Positions 12,491 through 25,284 of a stretch of 37,381 bases of DNA are shown here, piece after piece. The notes beneath the pieces are model-generated. The model did not search any database and was not told where the DNA came from. It saw nothing but the letters and a program-made list of their open reading frames with translations. This DNA is from Chiloscyllium plagiosum (taxonomy: Eukaryota): the NCBI RefSeq assembly GCF_004010195.1, contig NC_057718.1:100728272-100765652 (forward strand), given 5' to 3'. Position numbers and translations under genes: made by a program. The first letter of the stretch is position 1; each line of letters opens with the position of its first letter.

Positions 12491-13324
12491 ACAAAAAAAG
12501 CACATGGGCAGCATGATCCACTTTGTGGCTGGAGAGTTGAGGTCCCTGCTATAGGAAGATCCATCCAGGAGAGAAAGCTGAATCTCTCCATACAATGAAA
12601 TCATGGTGAAAACTGCCTGCAGGAAAACCGATTGAGCCACTGTAGTTTCTTAGCTCCTTTATATCTGTTGCAAAGAATGAAGAGGTTTTCTAGTCGCAGA
12701 AAAAAAGTGAAAAAAAGAAAGCCTTTCTCACTTTTTTTTCCATTTTCCATTGCTTATCATGCATATGAGACTCACACAGGAGACTATTTCAGGCTCTGGG
12801 AGACACTATTTAAATCACAGCATACAATCACAGCTCTCATACACACACTCTTCTATTATTTAAATCTGTAAGGCACAGCTATACTATTGGAGGTGGTGGA
12901 GTTGAAAAGGTATCAAGTCATTTAAGAATCATCCCATTCCCTATTACAGCAGGTAAGGAACACATTGTGGCTGCTCCCTGATTTATGGCTGCTGAAGAGC
13001 ATAATGATGTTGCAATATTCAGATAGCAAGTTAAATCCTGAATGCAAACCATTGATAGTTCTGTGGGTAATGGTTGAATATATCAGCATGAATCTTCACA
13101 GGAATTGAAGCTGTATTGAATTCAAGGGAAGACTCATGTTCAGTGAAAACTGTGTTTATCAAATTGGTACCTTGATCAACACAGAGATAGTGAGGAGTGG
13201 GTTTCTCCTGGTAAATTTTGCATTTGTTAATTGGCAAGTGCAAATATTACCAACTGTCTGATGTGGAAATGGTCCCTTAGGATGACGTGGAATTGAACAT
13301 TGATGGGACTACACTTGGAACATT

Positions 13325-13806
13325 GTGCCCAGTTTCAGTCCCCTTGCCTAAGGGAAGGTATACTTGCCTGAGAGGGAGTGCAGTGGTGGTTCACTAGAAC
13401 GATGCCTGGGACAGTGGGATTGTACTACAAGCAAAGTTTGAGGATATTCTCTATTCGACAATCGCGTGGGTTTTGCAAAGTTCTTAAAACGATAGATAGG
13501 AGTAGATGCAGAAAGAATGATCTGACCTTGAGACCGTGAGATCAAGAACCAAGGACATAATCTCAGAATGAAGGACAAGCTATTTTGCATTGTGATGTAA
13601 ACAGACTTCTTCATTTGCAGGGTGGTGAATCTTGGGAATTCTCTACCTCAGAGAGTTGTGGGAGTTCAGTTGTTAATACATTCAAGACAGGTTTGATAGA
13701 TTTCCAGATACTAGTGGCATTAATACATGAGAGGATAGTGTGGGAAACTGGTGTTAATGATGATGAAGCAGATTCAAATGACTGAATGGCCTGCTCTTGC
13801 TCCTAT
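13325..13806 (+). mobile_element. CR1 LINE 3' fragment
   Basis: Degenerate QF.SP.L RT C-terminal coding; CR1-type 3' tail gaatggcctgctcttgctcctat. Confidence 0.7.
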
Positions 13807-14372
13807 GGTATGATGGCTTGACAAGGTAACACCCTGTCAACTTTCATATAAGGAGACGGAAGAAGAGTAATAAAGAGTTGGTGGACAGGGGATAATGCAG
13901 TATGGAGGAAAATTAAGTGGCACTGAAGAGCATTCAAAAAACAGTGATGGGGTAATTGTGGGACTTCAGCCTCTAAATTTGAAGCTACTTTCAAAATAAG
14001 ACCAGTTTTTGTTCCAGAATAAACATTCCTAACCTGGATGAAACCCAGTTATTTGGATCATAATGCAAACTCAAAATATCATCACATTCGAGCATGAACA
14101 GATTCAGTTACAATTTGAGAACGAAGAGATTTATTTCCCCAAGGATTATGAATATATGGAATGAACCACAGCCAGATTTGCATTCATCAATATTTCTGAA
14201 GGGAAGCCAAAATTATAACTTGATTAAGAACAGGACTGAGGATAAACAGAGAATGATGAAGGAACCTGTGAATGATTCTTTCTGAACTATTTGGACAAGA
14301 AAACTGTCCATCAAGAAGACAACCAGACTGGATTAAAAATATCAGATGTAAGTTAGGGATGAATAGATTGGA

Positions 14373-14576
14373 CCATAGGGTTGCTCTCTCTCATTACAGA
14401 AAGAGAGACGGCAGGTGGTGGTTTGACCTGAGGGCCACCATGCCTCAGGTAAGGGAAGAAGTCGAAACGAAGAGTCGTTCATGGTCACCACAGCCAGTAT
14501 GGGAATTGAACTCACGCTATTGGCATTATGCTGCATCACAAAACAACCGTCCAGCTAATTGAGCTAACTAACCCCC
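14373..14576 (-). mobile_element. tRNA-derived SINE
   Basis: Minus-strand head GGGGTTAGTTAGCTCAATTAGCTGG (A box) and GAGTTCAATTCCC (B box). Confidence 0.65.
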
Positions 14577-14789
14577 AAGAATGAAGGTAGATGCATGGTT
14601 AGATATTCTTATGGTTAGATATTCTTATGTCTTGTAAATGACAAGGGGTTGATTTCAGTCCATGAAATTGCAGGTAAAATGGGTCAGACTTCAACTCTGT
14701 CTCAGTGAACATATTTGTGAGAGATTGAAATCTGAAAAGTCCACATAAGTTTTCTTTTCTCCCTCCATTCATCTTCACTCTACTATTTA

Positions 14790-15002
<213 letters not shown>

Positions 15003-15015
15003 TTAAATTCAGTTA

Positions 15016-15246
<231 letters not shown>

Positions 15247-15285
15247 CTATTATACAAGACAGATTTTCCAGGAAAAGACACTTAC

Positions 15286-15348
15286 CACTGGCACTCCTTT
15301 TCCATAAAGATAAGCTAATCCTAAACCCGTCAGTCCAATAGGGTTGCC
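15286..15348 (-). CDS. SEL1L2: SEL1L2 coding exon (63 nt): GNPIGLTGLGLAYLYGKGVPV
   Basis: Acceptor ttgcag, donor GTAAG; Sel1 repeat. Confidence 0.95.
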
Positions 15349-15469
15349 CTGCAATATGACATTAGAGAAAATATTGAAGATCTGCAGAAAGAATAGGGAA
15401 TGAGGGGCTGTGCACCCCTATCGCATAAACAATTGTTGGGATAGAATCTGGAAAAAGGTGGACTGTTTA

Positions 15470-15675
15470 GGAAAAGCCAGCATGGATTTCTAAAAGAGAG
15501 ATCACGTTTGACTAACCTGCTGAAGCTTTATACAGAGGCAACAAAAGGTTTCAGTGAGGGTAATGTGTATATGGACTTTCAAAAGGCATTCAATTTAATG
15601 CCACACAACAGACTAGTGGGAATAGTTGTAGCTCATGGATTAAAATGGACAGTAGCAATGTGGGTCCAAAATGAG
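15470..15675 (+). mobile_element. CR1 reverse transcriptase fragment
   Basis: QHGFLKERSRLTNLL...VYMDFQKAFNLMPHNRL. Confidence 0.85.
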
Positions 15676-15718
15676 CCAAGCAGCTGTGGATTTGTTCTGT
15701 AAGTTCCCTGAGATATCC

Positions 15719-16486
15719 TGTTATGAAGTTGAAAGTGTGTACTGTACCTTTAAGAGAGAGTGAATGTTGTTCTGAACTGAGAAATTACAAGCAACTGTGT
15801 ATCTGACTAGATGGCAGTTCCCAGAATGTACTGGAAAATTGAAAATATGTAACATTTGGCTGTGAAATGGATACCTGAGTTTTGGTTGCTGTTTTGACAA
15901 CAATTCCAATTTAACCAGTTTAAAGTGTGCCCCAGGAGACTAAAACCCAATCAAGTTTGAATTTATTGTTTTGCCAACTTCGAACCAATGACATGATCCG
16001 ATGTTGGGGATATAAAAATGCAGACATTTTGAAAACTGGAGAGAAAGCAACTGCCATCAAGATAGAAACACCTGGAGATCTCTCCAAGAAATTAGGAAAC
16101 ATTCACTCTTTTCATATGAAACATACCTGCAATAAAAAGGAAGAAGATGGACCAAGGAATTTAGCAGCTGGAAGAGGGAAATCACAGACAATGACAGCCG
16201 CTAGGTGGTTTGAAATTAAGTTGATGTAATTTTACTAAATGTCTTATTGGAACAGCATAGTGTTATAGAGTTCGAGGCAGGTATTAAGCAGTTAGAGAAA
16301 GGGGAGCTTAGAGTTGTGAATAGTTGTTGTTTAATGTTCACTTTTATAGTTAAAAAATAAATTGATTTTTCTAAAACAGTGGAATGTGGAAGTTCTCCGT
16401 CACTCATTTTAACAGATTACGGGGCGAGGTGAGCTTTTCTGGGTGTTAAGTTTAATTAACAAAGGGTTCACCGTCGTGCTGTAACA
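15719..16486. mobile_element. Solo LTR (768 bp)
   Basis: TGTTA...TAACA inverted termini; 4-bp TSD ATCC at 15715-15718 and 16487-16490. Confidence 0.8.
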
Positions 16487-17035
16487 ATCCCCAATTTAAT
16501 GGTGAAGCCAAAAGGGGTGTCTGAAGCACCAAAGGACTATTAAAGAACCACTGTCCCTCTCAATTACGGATCCACACCGCTGCGAATATGGGTTGGCATC
16601 ATCAGAACTGTTGATAGGAAAGCAGCTCCAAATATAGCTTTAAAAAAAATTTAATTCCAGGGCCGTAAGTCCAGCCTTATCAAAAAGTACAAAAACAAGA
16701 ACGGTTCTATTGAAAATAAAAGTCATCCAACTCCAACTGGAAATACTGTAACTGCAGCCTATCCAGGTTGATAGGAGGAGAAACTATGGTTAACAGAACA
16801 AGGGAGAAAAGAAGTTATAGCCCAGGGAGATTAGTACATACTTCAGAAACAGGAAGAATCTTAACTTCAATTCATCAATTGCAACAATTAGTAATACATT
16901 TGGAACCAGACATTGAGCCAGAATTTGATTTAATAACCAGATACCACAAATGTCAATGAAGATGATCCAAATCGAGAAAAGGGTGCTCTGAGAGGGATTA
17001 CTGACCTTCCAAGTTGAACAAGAATACAGTCAAGG

Positions 17036-17105
17036 AGTGCTCCGAAAGCTAGTGCTTCCAAGTAAACCTGTTGGACTATAACCTGGTGCTGTGTGATTTT
17101 TAACA
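17036..17105 (+). mobile_element. Truncated PLE family B fragment (3' half of the hammerhead)
   Basis: gtgctccgaaagctagtgcttcc...gatttttaac. Confidence 0.7.
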
Positions 17106-18394
17106 ATCAAGAAGAGTTGTGAAGCCCCCTGGCATGTTGTGTCTGTGATATCAGAGATTTTGGGAGAGATTATTACAATTAAATATAATTATAAAAAGGG
17201 ATAAAGACAAGGAGTAGAGGTGGGAAAGGTGGAGGAATTCGTTTGTAACACTCAGTGTCTGGGACTGTGTTAATAGTAATCAATAGCATCTCCTATAATG
17301 ATTTTGTAAGAGAACACATGACAGCAATTAGGCAGACTCGTGGCTTCAGCACAACAGGACCCAATCATGACCAGCTATATAGTTCCTTGATGTATAAGAA
17401 ATCACTTGTTTGAACATATCAACAACCAAGTATCATTCTGATGCTACATTAACTAATATGCACTGCACACAGTGAATTAGTCTGCTTTTTCAGAACAGTA
17501 GTGGTGTGTTATATCATTGAAATGGATGATGGATTATCAAGGCCACCGATTAATGATATCAGACTAAGTCCTCTTTTGCAATTATAACAAAGCATTCAGA
17601 GAACCTTACAAGTGTTCTGGAGATTAAGTTCCCATACAACTGCCCAACATTCTGCAAAAAGCCTGTATATATCGACAGAAAAGTCTGCATTTCACCAAAA
17701 CAGTCATTTCAATAATTAAATAAAATACGCTTAAGAGGTTCCCAATTAAATGGAACTGGTTTCTTTGGAATTATTTATTAGTTAACAAAATCAAGTCCTA
17801 ATTAATTGGAATAGGCTTCTCTGTAATTAACCAATGAATTCCAATATACAGTTCCCTTTGAACAAACAGACATGAAAAGAGAGGAACCTGCAGAAACTTA
17901 TGTACTCCAAGGAGGCACTTGTAAAGGTCTCAATGAAAAGGAATTCATTAACTAAATAAAATAAACTTACATAACAAGGTGTCAATTAACTGGACAGTTT
18001 CTCAGCAATGAATTTATTTAGTGAAAGGTGCAACAGTTTCCAGTTAAAAGGGCATGCAAATGAATGTGAGGAAGAAGAGAAACTGATTAATCATTGATAG
18101 AGTGCTGCAGGAGCAGTTTAGGGGCTGCAAGGAAACACTTATAAAAGTAGAAAATGTGTTTACTGTCAACTGTAGCAGATATCTTGTCAAGCAACTAAAC
18201 AAAATGGCATTGAAGTGTTTATCTCTCTTTTGGTGGGGGATGTGAGCAGAAGAGGCAGGCAATCAATTGGAGAGAGAAAGAGAAAAGCTCACGTTCTGCT
18301 GAGAAACACAACCAATCCAAACTAAACGTGCACTTTAATATAGCAGGCATCTTGGACAATTGGCTCTCAAAGTCATTTGGCAAAATGGCTCATC

Positions 18395-18790
18395 ATCAGA
18401 ACTTCCCAACAAGTACTAAGACATCGCTCAGCTGATGGTGAGAAGGCCTTTCATATCCTTCATGTTTGCCTGGATTCTCTGTGCTACTGTATGATGCCCT
18501 CGAAACAGCCTCGGGGGTGGAGGTGGGGGGAGGTGGTTAAAGACTGTTACCCATCTGCTGCTGGAATGTGCCTTTGCAAAGGAAGTCTGGAGACAGACGT
18601 AGTGGGTTTTGTCTCAGTTCATCCCGAGCAGCTCCATCACCCACGACTCTGTGCTCTATGGTCTGTTCCCAGGGACACATACTGAGACAACCATCAACTG
18701 TACCTGGAGGATCATCAACTCGGTGAAAGTTTTGGGGCTGCAGAGTTAGAAAGTTATTGATCAAGTTCGTTTCCTTCAGACCTGAAGTCA
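18395..18790 (+). mobile_element. Tx1/L1-like ORF2 C-terminal fragment
   Basis: KTVTHLLLECAFAKEVWRQ..VLYGLFPG (zinc-knuckle region), with stops. Confidence 0.7.
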
Positions 18791-18829
18791 AATTGCACAG
18801 TTACATGTGAACAATCTCCAGAAGGTACT

Positions 18830-20370
18830 TGACATAAACAATTATTGTGCAAAGTAAAAGCCCTTTGAACAGGGAATAACACAGTCAGAGGATTGGCTGA
18901 CTGGCAGAGAGAGTGAGGGTGTATAAATAGATCTTTTCGGATTGGCAGCATGTGACAAGTGGGGCTCTGTAGGAGGCAGGGCTAGGCCCTTGACATTTTA
19001 TCATTTATATCAGTGATGAAGATAGAGGGGATTGAATTTGCAGAGGGCACAAGAGATCAGAAAGTATTTGTGGAAATGTCATAATAAGGATGCAGACTGA
19101 TAGACATTGATTAATGAAGTGGGTAAAAATCTTCAAAACCAGTTATAATGTGAGGCAAGTGTGAAATCGTTCACTTTGATAGGATGAATGAAAAATCAGT
19201 ATCACTTCATTGACTGCAAATCTAAGTGTTCTACTGCATGAGTCACACAGGTTACTGCAGCTACAGCAAGTGGTCACAAAGGTTAATGAAATGCTATCCC
19301 TTATTGTGAGAGGAATTGGACACAAGGGTGTGAATGTTGTGATTCAGTTATAGAGTCAGAGAGTCATGCAGCACCCTGCAGTCCTCACTTTTGCCTTCGG
19401 TCTAAAGATTCCATGCTGACCAAATCCCAAACTAAACTAGTCCCACTAGGAGAAAGTGAGGACGACAGATGCTGAAGATCGGAGTCGAAGAGTGTGTTGC
19501 TGGAAAAGCACAGCAGGTCAGGCAGCATCTGAGGAGCAAGAGAGTTAACATTTCGGGCATAAGCCCTTCATCAGGAATGAGGCTTGTGGGCCAAAGGGAC
19601 TAAGAGATAAATGGGAAGGGGGTGGGACTGGGGGAAAGGTAGCGGGGAATGTGATAGATAGATGAATGTAGAGGTGAAACATCCTGGTAAACCTCTTCAT
19701 ACCCGCAACATCCTGGTAAACCTCTTCTGAACTCTCTCCAGCTTAATAGTATCCCTCCCATTTAAGAGGAAGACCAAAACTGGACACAGTATTCCAGAAG
19801 AAGCCTCACCAATGTCCTGTACAATCTTAACATGGTTTCCCAAGTCCTAAACTCAAAGGACTAAGCAATGAAGGTAAATAATAGGACACTGGTGAGACCA
19901 TATCTTGAAAACTGTTAGCAATTTTGGTCCCTTTATTTAAAGAAGGATGTAGATGTATTGCAGGAGATTTACTAGGTTGTTACCTGGAATGAATGAGTTG
20001 TGTCATGAGAGACAGGCTGGCCTTGTTTTCACTAGAATTTAGGAGTGAATGGTGACTTGATTGAAATTTATAGGATCCCAAATGGTCCTGATGAGGTCCA
20101 TACGGTAATAGGTGTTTAGTCTTGCGAGCGAGTCTAGACCTAGGAAATGCTGTTTTAAAATTATGGTGTCACCCTTTTAGGGCAGAGATTAGGATTTTTT
20201 TTCTCTGAGGCTTGGAACTCTCCCCGTTTTAGGTGGTGGAAACAGGGTCATTGAATACTTTTAAGGTTGAAATAGATAGATTCTTGTCAGACAAGGGCGT
20301 CAAAAGTAATCAGAGGTAGATGAGAATGTGAAATTCCGAACACAAATAGATCAGCCAAGAATTGAATAGT
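18830..20370 (+). mobile_element. CR1 LINE RT/3' fragment interrupted by nested insertions
   Basis: QLY (to ~19352) resumes as RTLVRP..QFWSLYLKKD (from ~19883). Confidence 0.75.
19448..19677 (-). mobile_element. PLE family A 3' end with degenerate hammerhead
   Basis: Minus CTGATGAAGGGCTTATGCCCGAAATGTT at ~19546-19574. Confidence 0.7.
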
Positions 20371-20596
20371 GGAGCATTTGGACAAACACATGGATAGGAA
20401 AGGTTTTGAAGGATATGGGCAAAGTGCAGGGAAATGGGTTAGCATGGATGGACATTTTGGTCGGCATGGACCAGTTTGAGCCAAAGGGCCTGTCTGTGTG
20501 CTGTATCTATGACTCTATGGAGCTGGCATGAAGTGGCGAATGGGCAACGTCTGCTCCCAGTTCATACATTCAGATGTTCAAATGTGTTAGGCTTAC

Positions 20597-20674
20597 CCTT
20601 TCAGCTGCCATTCTGAAGTACATGAGAGCAGTTTCATTATTCTGAGGCACAATTTCATTTCCTTCAGAATACAT
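20597..20674 (-). CDS. SEL1L2: SEL1L2 coding exon (78 nt): MYSEGNEIVPQNNETALMYFRMAAER
   Basis: Acceptor ttctag, donor GTAAG; matches MYSEGSDIVPQSNETAL. Confidence 0.95.
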
Positions 20675-21905
20675 CTAGAAAACAAAGTTATAGTTACAGT
20701 AACTTCATTCAAGATATTTAAACCCAGAGGGTTGGAAGTGAAGCAGTGAATCCGGTCTGGCGGCAAGCAGCAATCCGTGATGGCCTGCAGTTTTAAAATG
20801 GAGGAGTGAATCACATAGTCAGCTAAATATTTTTCTAAAATGTACCTTTCTGATGACAGAGTGTCAACTGCATGCAGATGGTGGACAAACTGGGGATTCA
20901 CTTTTGCCCACGTAAACAGAAAAGACCGTAATTGTAGTTATTGTGCATGTTTATAATGTGAATGTCTGTACATAAATGATTGTTAAAGCAACTATAATGA
21001 TTGCTTATAATAATTATTAAGCTTATTATTTGTGGGAAGATTGGCTCTAGTTCTATCCTGCACCATTCTACTCTCTTGCAGAAGCTTGTGAGAAATTGGG
21101 TAATGTCAGCAACTTTCTCAACTGCTGCACAGAATCTTCTTCTGGTACAAGAGGACTTGAGTGTCAGCTGAAGAACTGGCAAAGTGACCCATGCTGCCTT
21201 TCCCAGGGGAACCCTACACGTCGGCGATGTCTTCCTCTGGAATCCAATCTCCTGGGTGTTCACAAATAACACAGAATAGTTCATACGAGACCATAGTTGC
21301 TGCTGCTGGAAGAGCAGAATCACAGACGGTCCAGGACAAGAGTAATTGATTGAAGGGGAAGTTCTCCTGGGTTGGGGGCATAGGGAGAAGCGACAAGGGG
21401 TTGGTCAGAAGCAAGGGCCAGAGCTTGGCTCCCAGTGGTCAGCCTCCTGCCTGATGTTCAATCCCTCTATCAGGAACTGAACCATGTCCCACACTCCGAA
21501 TGAGAGAAGTTGGGCAGTAGTGGTTGTGAATCCTGGGTGGCAATGGGCCCATCTCCATGTGGGTTCATCCCAGTGGCACTTAAACCCCACGGTGGGCATC
21601 AGAGCTGCAAGGTCAACCATGAGCCTTCTGGACCAGAATCTAATTCTGGCAAAGGCAGAAACGCAGTAAAATTCAGGTAGACCACCAGTCAAGTCTGATT
21701 AAATGCTCCTTCTGCCTCCAATACACTAGAAGATTCTGCTCAAAGCATCCTCTGAAACCTTCAGTAATTAAATAATTTTTTTTCTAAATGGATGGGCACC
21801 TTTGCCAATGATTTATAGGAGTTGCTTGAAGCAAAATAATCTGTTTGTTTTATCTATTGCTAAAACTGAAATAAGTTTAAAGACACATCGTCAATACTCC
21901 TTACT

Positions 21906-22209
21906 GGCATGGTGGCACAGTGGGGGCAGCACGGTGGCATAGTGGTTAGCACTGTTGCCTCACAGCCAGAGACCCGGGTTCAATTCCTGCCTCAGGCAAC
22001 TGACTGTGTGGAGTTTGCACATTCTCCCCGTGTCTGCGTGGGTTTCCTCCGGGTGCTCCGGTTTCCTCCCACAGTCCAAAAATGTGCGGGTTAGGTGAAT
22101 TGGCCATGCTAAATTGTCCATAGTGTTAGGTGAAGGGGTCTGGGTGGGTTGCGCTTCGGCGGGGTGAGTGTGGACTTGTTGGGGCAAAGGGCCTGTTTCC
22201 TCACTGTAA
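21906..22209 (+). mobile_element. HE1/V-SINE, near full length
   Basis: A box TGGCATAGTGG, B box GGTTCAATTCC, V-domain tgtgtggagtttgcacattctccccgtgtctgcgtgggtttcc, CR1-like tail. Confidence 0.85.
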
Positions 22210-22214
22210 AAAAT

Positions 22215-22482
22215 GGATGGTACGGTGGCTCAGTGGTTAGCACTGCTGCACAAGGAGTTTGCACATTCTCCCTGTGTGTGCGTGGGTTTCTTCTGGGTGC
22301 TCCGGTTTCCTCCCACAGTCCAAAAATGTGCAGGTTAGGTGAATTGGCCAAGTTAAATTGCCCGTAGTGTTAGATGAAGGGGTAAATGTAGGGGAATGGG
22401 TCTGGCTGGGTTGCGCTTCGGCGGGTCGGTGCGGACTTGTTGGGCCGAAGGGCCTGTTTCCATACTGTATGGAATCTAATCT
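22215..22482 (+). mobile_element. HE1/V-SINE, second copy lacking the B-box segment
   Basis: Tandem with the first copy; ends aatctaatct. Confidence 0.85.
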
Positions 22483-22550
22483 TTAAATCATTGCTTACTG
22501 CCCTCTATAGGGAGTCTGTAATATTGCATGGAAATCATGAATAATTTCAA

Positions 22551-23398
22551 ACATAAAAGCACACAGCACTAGGTTACAGTCCAATTGGAAGCACTAGCTT
22601 TCTGAGCACTGCTCCTTCATCAGGTGGTTGTGGAGTATAAGATCGTAAGACACAGAATTTATTGCAAAAGTTTACAGTGTGATGTAACTGAAATTATACA
22701 TTGAAAAATACCTTGATTGTTTGTTAAGTCTCTCATTTGTTAGAATGACCATGATAGTTTCACTTGTTTCATATGTAAATCGCAAAACCTTTTTTTAAAA
22801 GTTACATTCTCAAGTGAACTTTGACAACTGTTGTCAGCCCAGACAATGTACTGGGTATTAGCACCCCTCTGTGCTGCTGTCTGTGCCATAATGTTTAGAC
22901 TGATTCTAATCTAAAAAAATGAATTAACAGAATCTTACATGGATTCATGCAGTTTTTGAGCCAAGTACAATGTAACTGTGTAAGTACAAATTCACCCCAC
23001 AAATTTGTATGTATATGTGTATAGGAGTGTGTGTGTGTGTGACCTGTAGTGTGACATGAACCCAAGATCCTGGTTGAGGCCCTCCCTATGGGTACCGAAC
23101 TTAGCTATCAGTCTCTGCTCGGCCACTTTTCGCTGCTGCCTGTCCAAAATCTGCCTTGGAGGATGGTCACCCGAAGATCTGAAGTTGATGGCACAGATTA
23201 ATTTATAATTTCAGTTACATCACACTATAAGCTTTTGCTATAAATTCTGTGTCTTACAATCTTATACTCCACAACCACCTGATGAAGGAGCAGTGCTCCG
23301 AAGGCTAGTGCTTCCAAATAAACCTGTTGGACTATAACCTGGTGTGGTGTGATTTTTAACTTTGTACACCCAGTCCAACACCGGCATCTCCAAATCAT
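22551..23398. mobile_element. Penelope-like element family B, 5'-truncated with inverted pLTR
   Basis: Minus GIY-YIG C-terminus SDLRVTILQG/DRQQRKVAEQRLIAKFGTHREGLNQDLGFMSHYR (23041-23185, 1-nt frameshift); inverted repeats ~22560-22698 and ~23205-23355 with hammerhead cores at 22592-22626 (-) and 23276-23310 (+); (TG)n at ~23027. Confidence 0.8.
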
Positions 23399-23654
23399 AA
23401 ACAATTTCAACCAAAATTATGTTATCTGACTTGACCTATAACACACAATATGAGATCACCACAGATACATTTACAGGCTCAATGTAAAATATATTTATAT
23501 CATACTCTGTTTTATAAACAAAAAAGCAAAAAGCCAATCACATAAATATGCTCTGCAACCCAAATTGTAATGTTTACATGAACAATTAGGACAAAAAGTT
23601 TGTTAATGCAAAAGGCCAAATAATGACCAATTTTCAAAGCTCTACTCTTATTAC

Positions 23655-23723
23655 CTTTCCTAAAAAGCCCAAGGCATTGGTACTGCCACCATGAGCCGCC
23701 TTTGATAAGTAGTAGACAGCCTT
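23655..23723 (-). CDS. SEL1L2: SEL1L2 coding exon (69 nt): KAVYYLSKAAHGGSTNALGFLGK
   Basis: Acceptor tgtttag, donor GTAAT; Sel1 repeat. Confidence 0.93.
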
Positions 23724-24419
23724 CTAAACAAAGAGAGAAAATAGTTTATTCAGTATATTCCAAACAACCTGTTGAATTTACAATGAAGCCTCTATTTATG
23801 TTATATCATAAATGAGTCTTAAAGTTGTGATAGCATATTTACAAAAGGTCTTTTCACCCTGCATTTTTCTTCTTCCTTTGTTAAAGACACATCTGTTTAT
23901 ATTTCTGCATATGCAAGTTGTCTTTCAATTGCTCAGCCAGCCATTTTTCATGCTTTGTGCCTTGACAGGTTCATAACCAAACACAATCTCAAACTTAATG
24001 CACATCCACATGTTGACTCTCCAGTGCTCTTTCTCCCAGATGGTGACCAGGAGCAAGCTCCCTTGCTGACTTTCACCTGCTTGCAGTGGAAAAGATTGAG
24101 ACCCCTCACAGTTCCCTAATGCCACTACAGTTAACTCAGTACAGAACGGAAATGTTCCAGTCTGAGTGGTTCAGTTACACCTTGAAAGGTCTGATTTTAA
24201 TCCCTCCACCACTGGCTGCCATGCCTTAAGGTTTGGAATTCCTCCAGAAACCTACTATACCCTCCACTGCTTTTTACTCTTTTAAGATGTACTGCAAAAT
24301 GTTTGGTTTTAAAACATAAGACCAAACTGTGATTACCTGCATTAATGTCTCCTTATGTGGGCTTGGTGTCAAATTCAATCTGATCATTATCCTGTGTAGC
24401 ACCTTGATATTGTAAAGAT

Positions 24420-25055
24420 TCCATAGAAGAGTTTTACATCATGGACTCAGGGGAATTTAGGAAAAACTTATTTACCCAGAGTAGTTAAAACGTGGAACTT
24501 CCACAGGGAGTAGCTCTGAGGTATGTAGCATTTAAGAGGAAAACGAATTCGGGAGAAAGGAATGGAAGCATTGGTGATATAGTCAGATGAAGAGGGTAGA
24601 AAAAGGCTCAAGTGAAGGGAGGGGTCTCATTGAAACATATGAAATCTTGATGGGACTGGACAGGAATGATGCAGGAAGAATGTTCCCTATGTTGTGGAAG
24701 TCCAGAACGAGGAATTGCAGTCGAAGAATAAAGGGTAAGCCATTCAGGACTTGAGGAGGAATTTCTTCTCTCAGTGAATTATGACCCCATGGAAATCTCT
24801 CCCATGGGAAGCTATTGGGGCCAGTCCATTAGATATATTCAAGAGGGAACTGGATGTGACCCTTGTGGCTAAAGAGATCAAGGAGCATGGGGAGAGAGCG
24901 GGAGTGGATACCAAAATTGCATGATCAGGCATGATCATATTGAATGGTGGTACAGGCTCAAAGGGCTGAATGGCCTACTCCTGCAGCTATTTTCTATGTT
25001 TCTATAAACAACAGCATGGGCCAGTTAAGCTGAATGGCTTGTTTCTATGCCATAA
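24420..25055 (+). mobile_element. CR1 LINE 3' fragments (nested)
   Basis: CR1 3' tail gaatggcctactcctgcagctattttctatgtttctat inside an older CR1 end. Confidence 0.7.
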
Positions 25056-25227
25056 ATGCTCCAATGAGAAATTGTGGACATTATTTTAGCACTATTTTGC
25101 AGTTTACGCCAATCTCATTTTTTAAAAAATTCATTAATTACAGAATTCTTACACACACTTGCTTTATTTTTGGATTGCTTCCCATCTATGCATAGGTTTA
25201 AAAAAGTCCATCCTCTGATGCACCTAC

Positions 25228-25284
25228 CTCGAAGTCTTGTTCTATTCCTTTGCCTCCAGTTAGGTGAAGCTGACCAAGGCCAAC
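25228..25284 (-). CDS. SEL1L2: SEL1L2 coding exon (57 nt): VGLGQLHLTGGKGIEQDFE
   Basis: Acceptor cacag, donor GTAGG; VGLGQLHL motif. Confidence 0.95.

Noticed and set aside
14595..14629. 16-bp direct duplication ATGGTTAGATATTCTT x2
   Set aside because: Simple slippage duplication with no further structure.
20898..21692. Cluster of minus-strand ORFs (141, 66 and 95 aa)
   Set aside because: No recognisable motif or splice structure; probably a decayed repeat that I cannot classify.
21923..21995. tRNA gene
   Set aside because: A and B boxes belong to a SINE head that continues into the V-domain.
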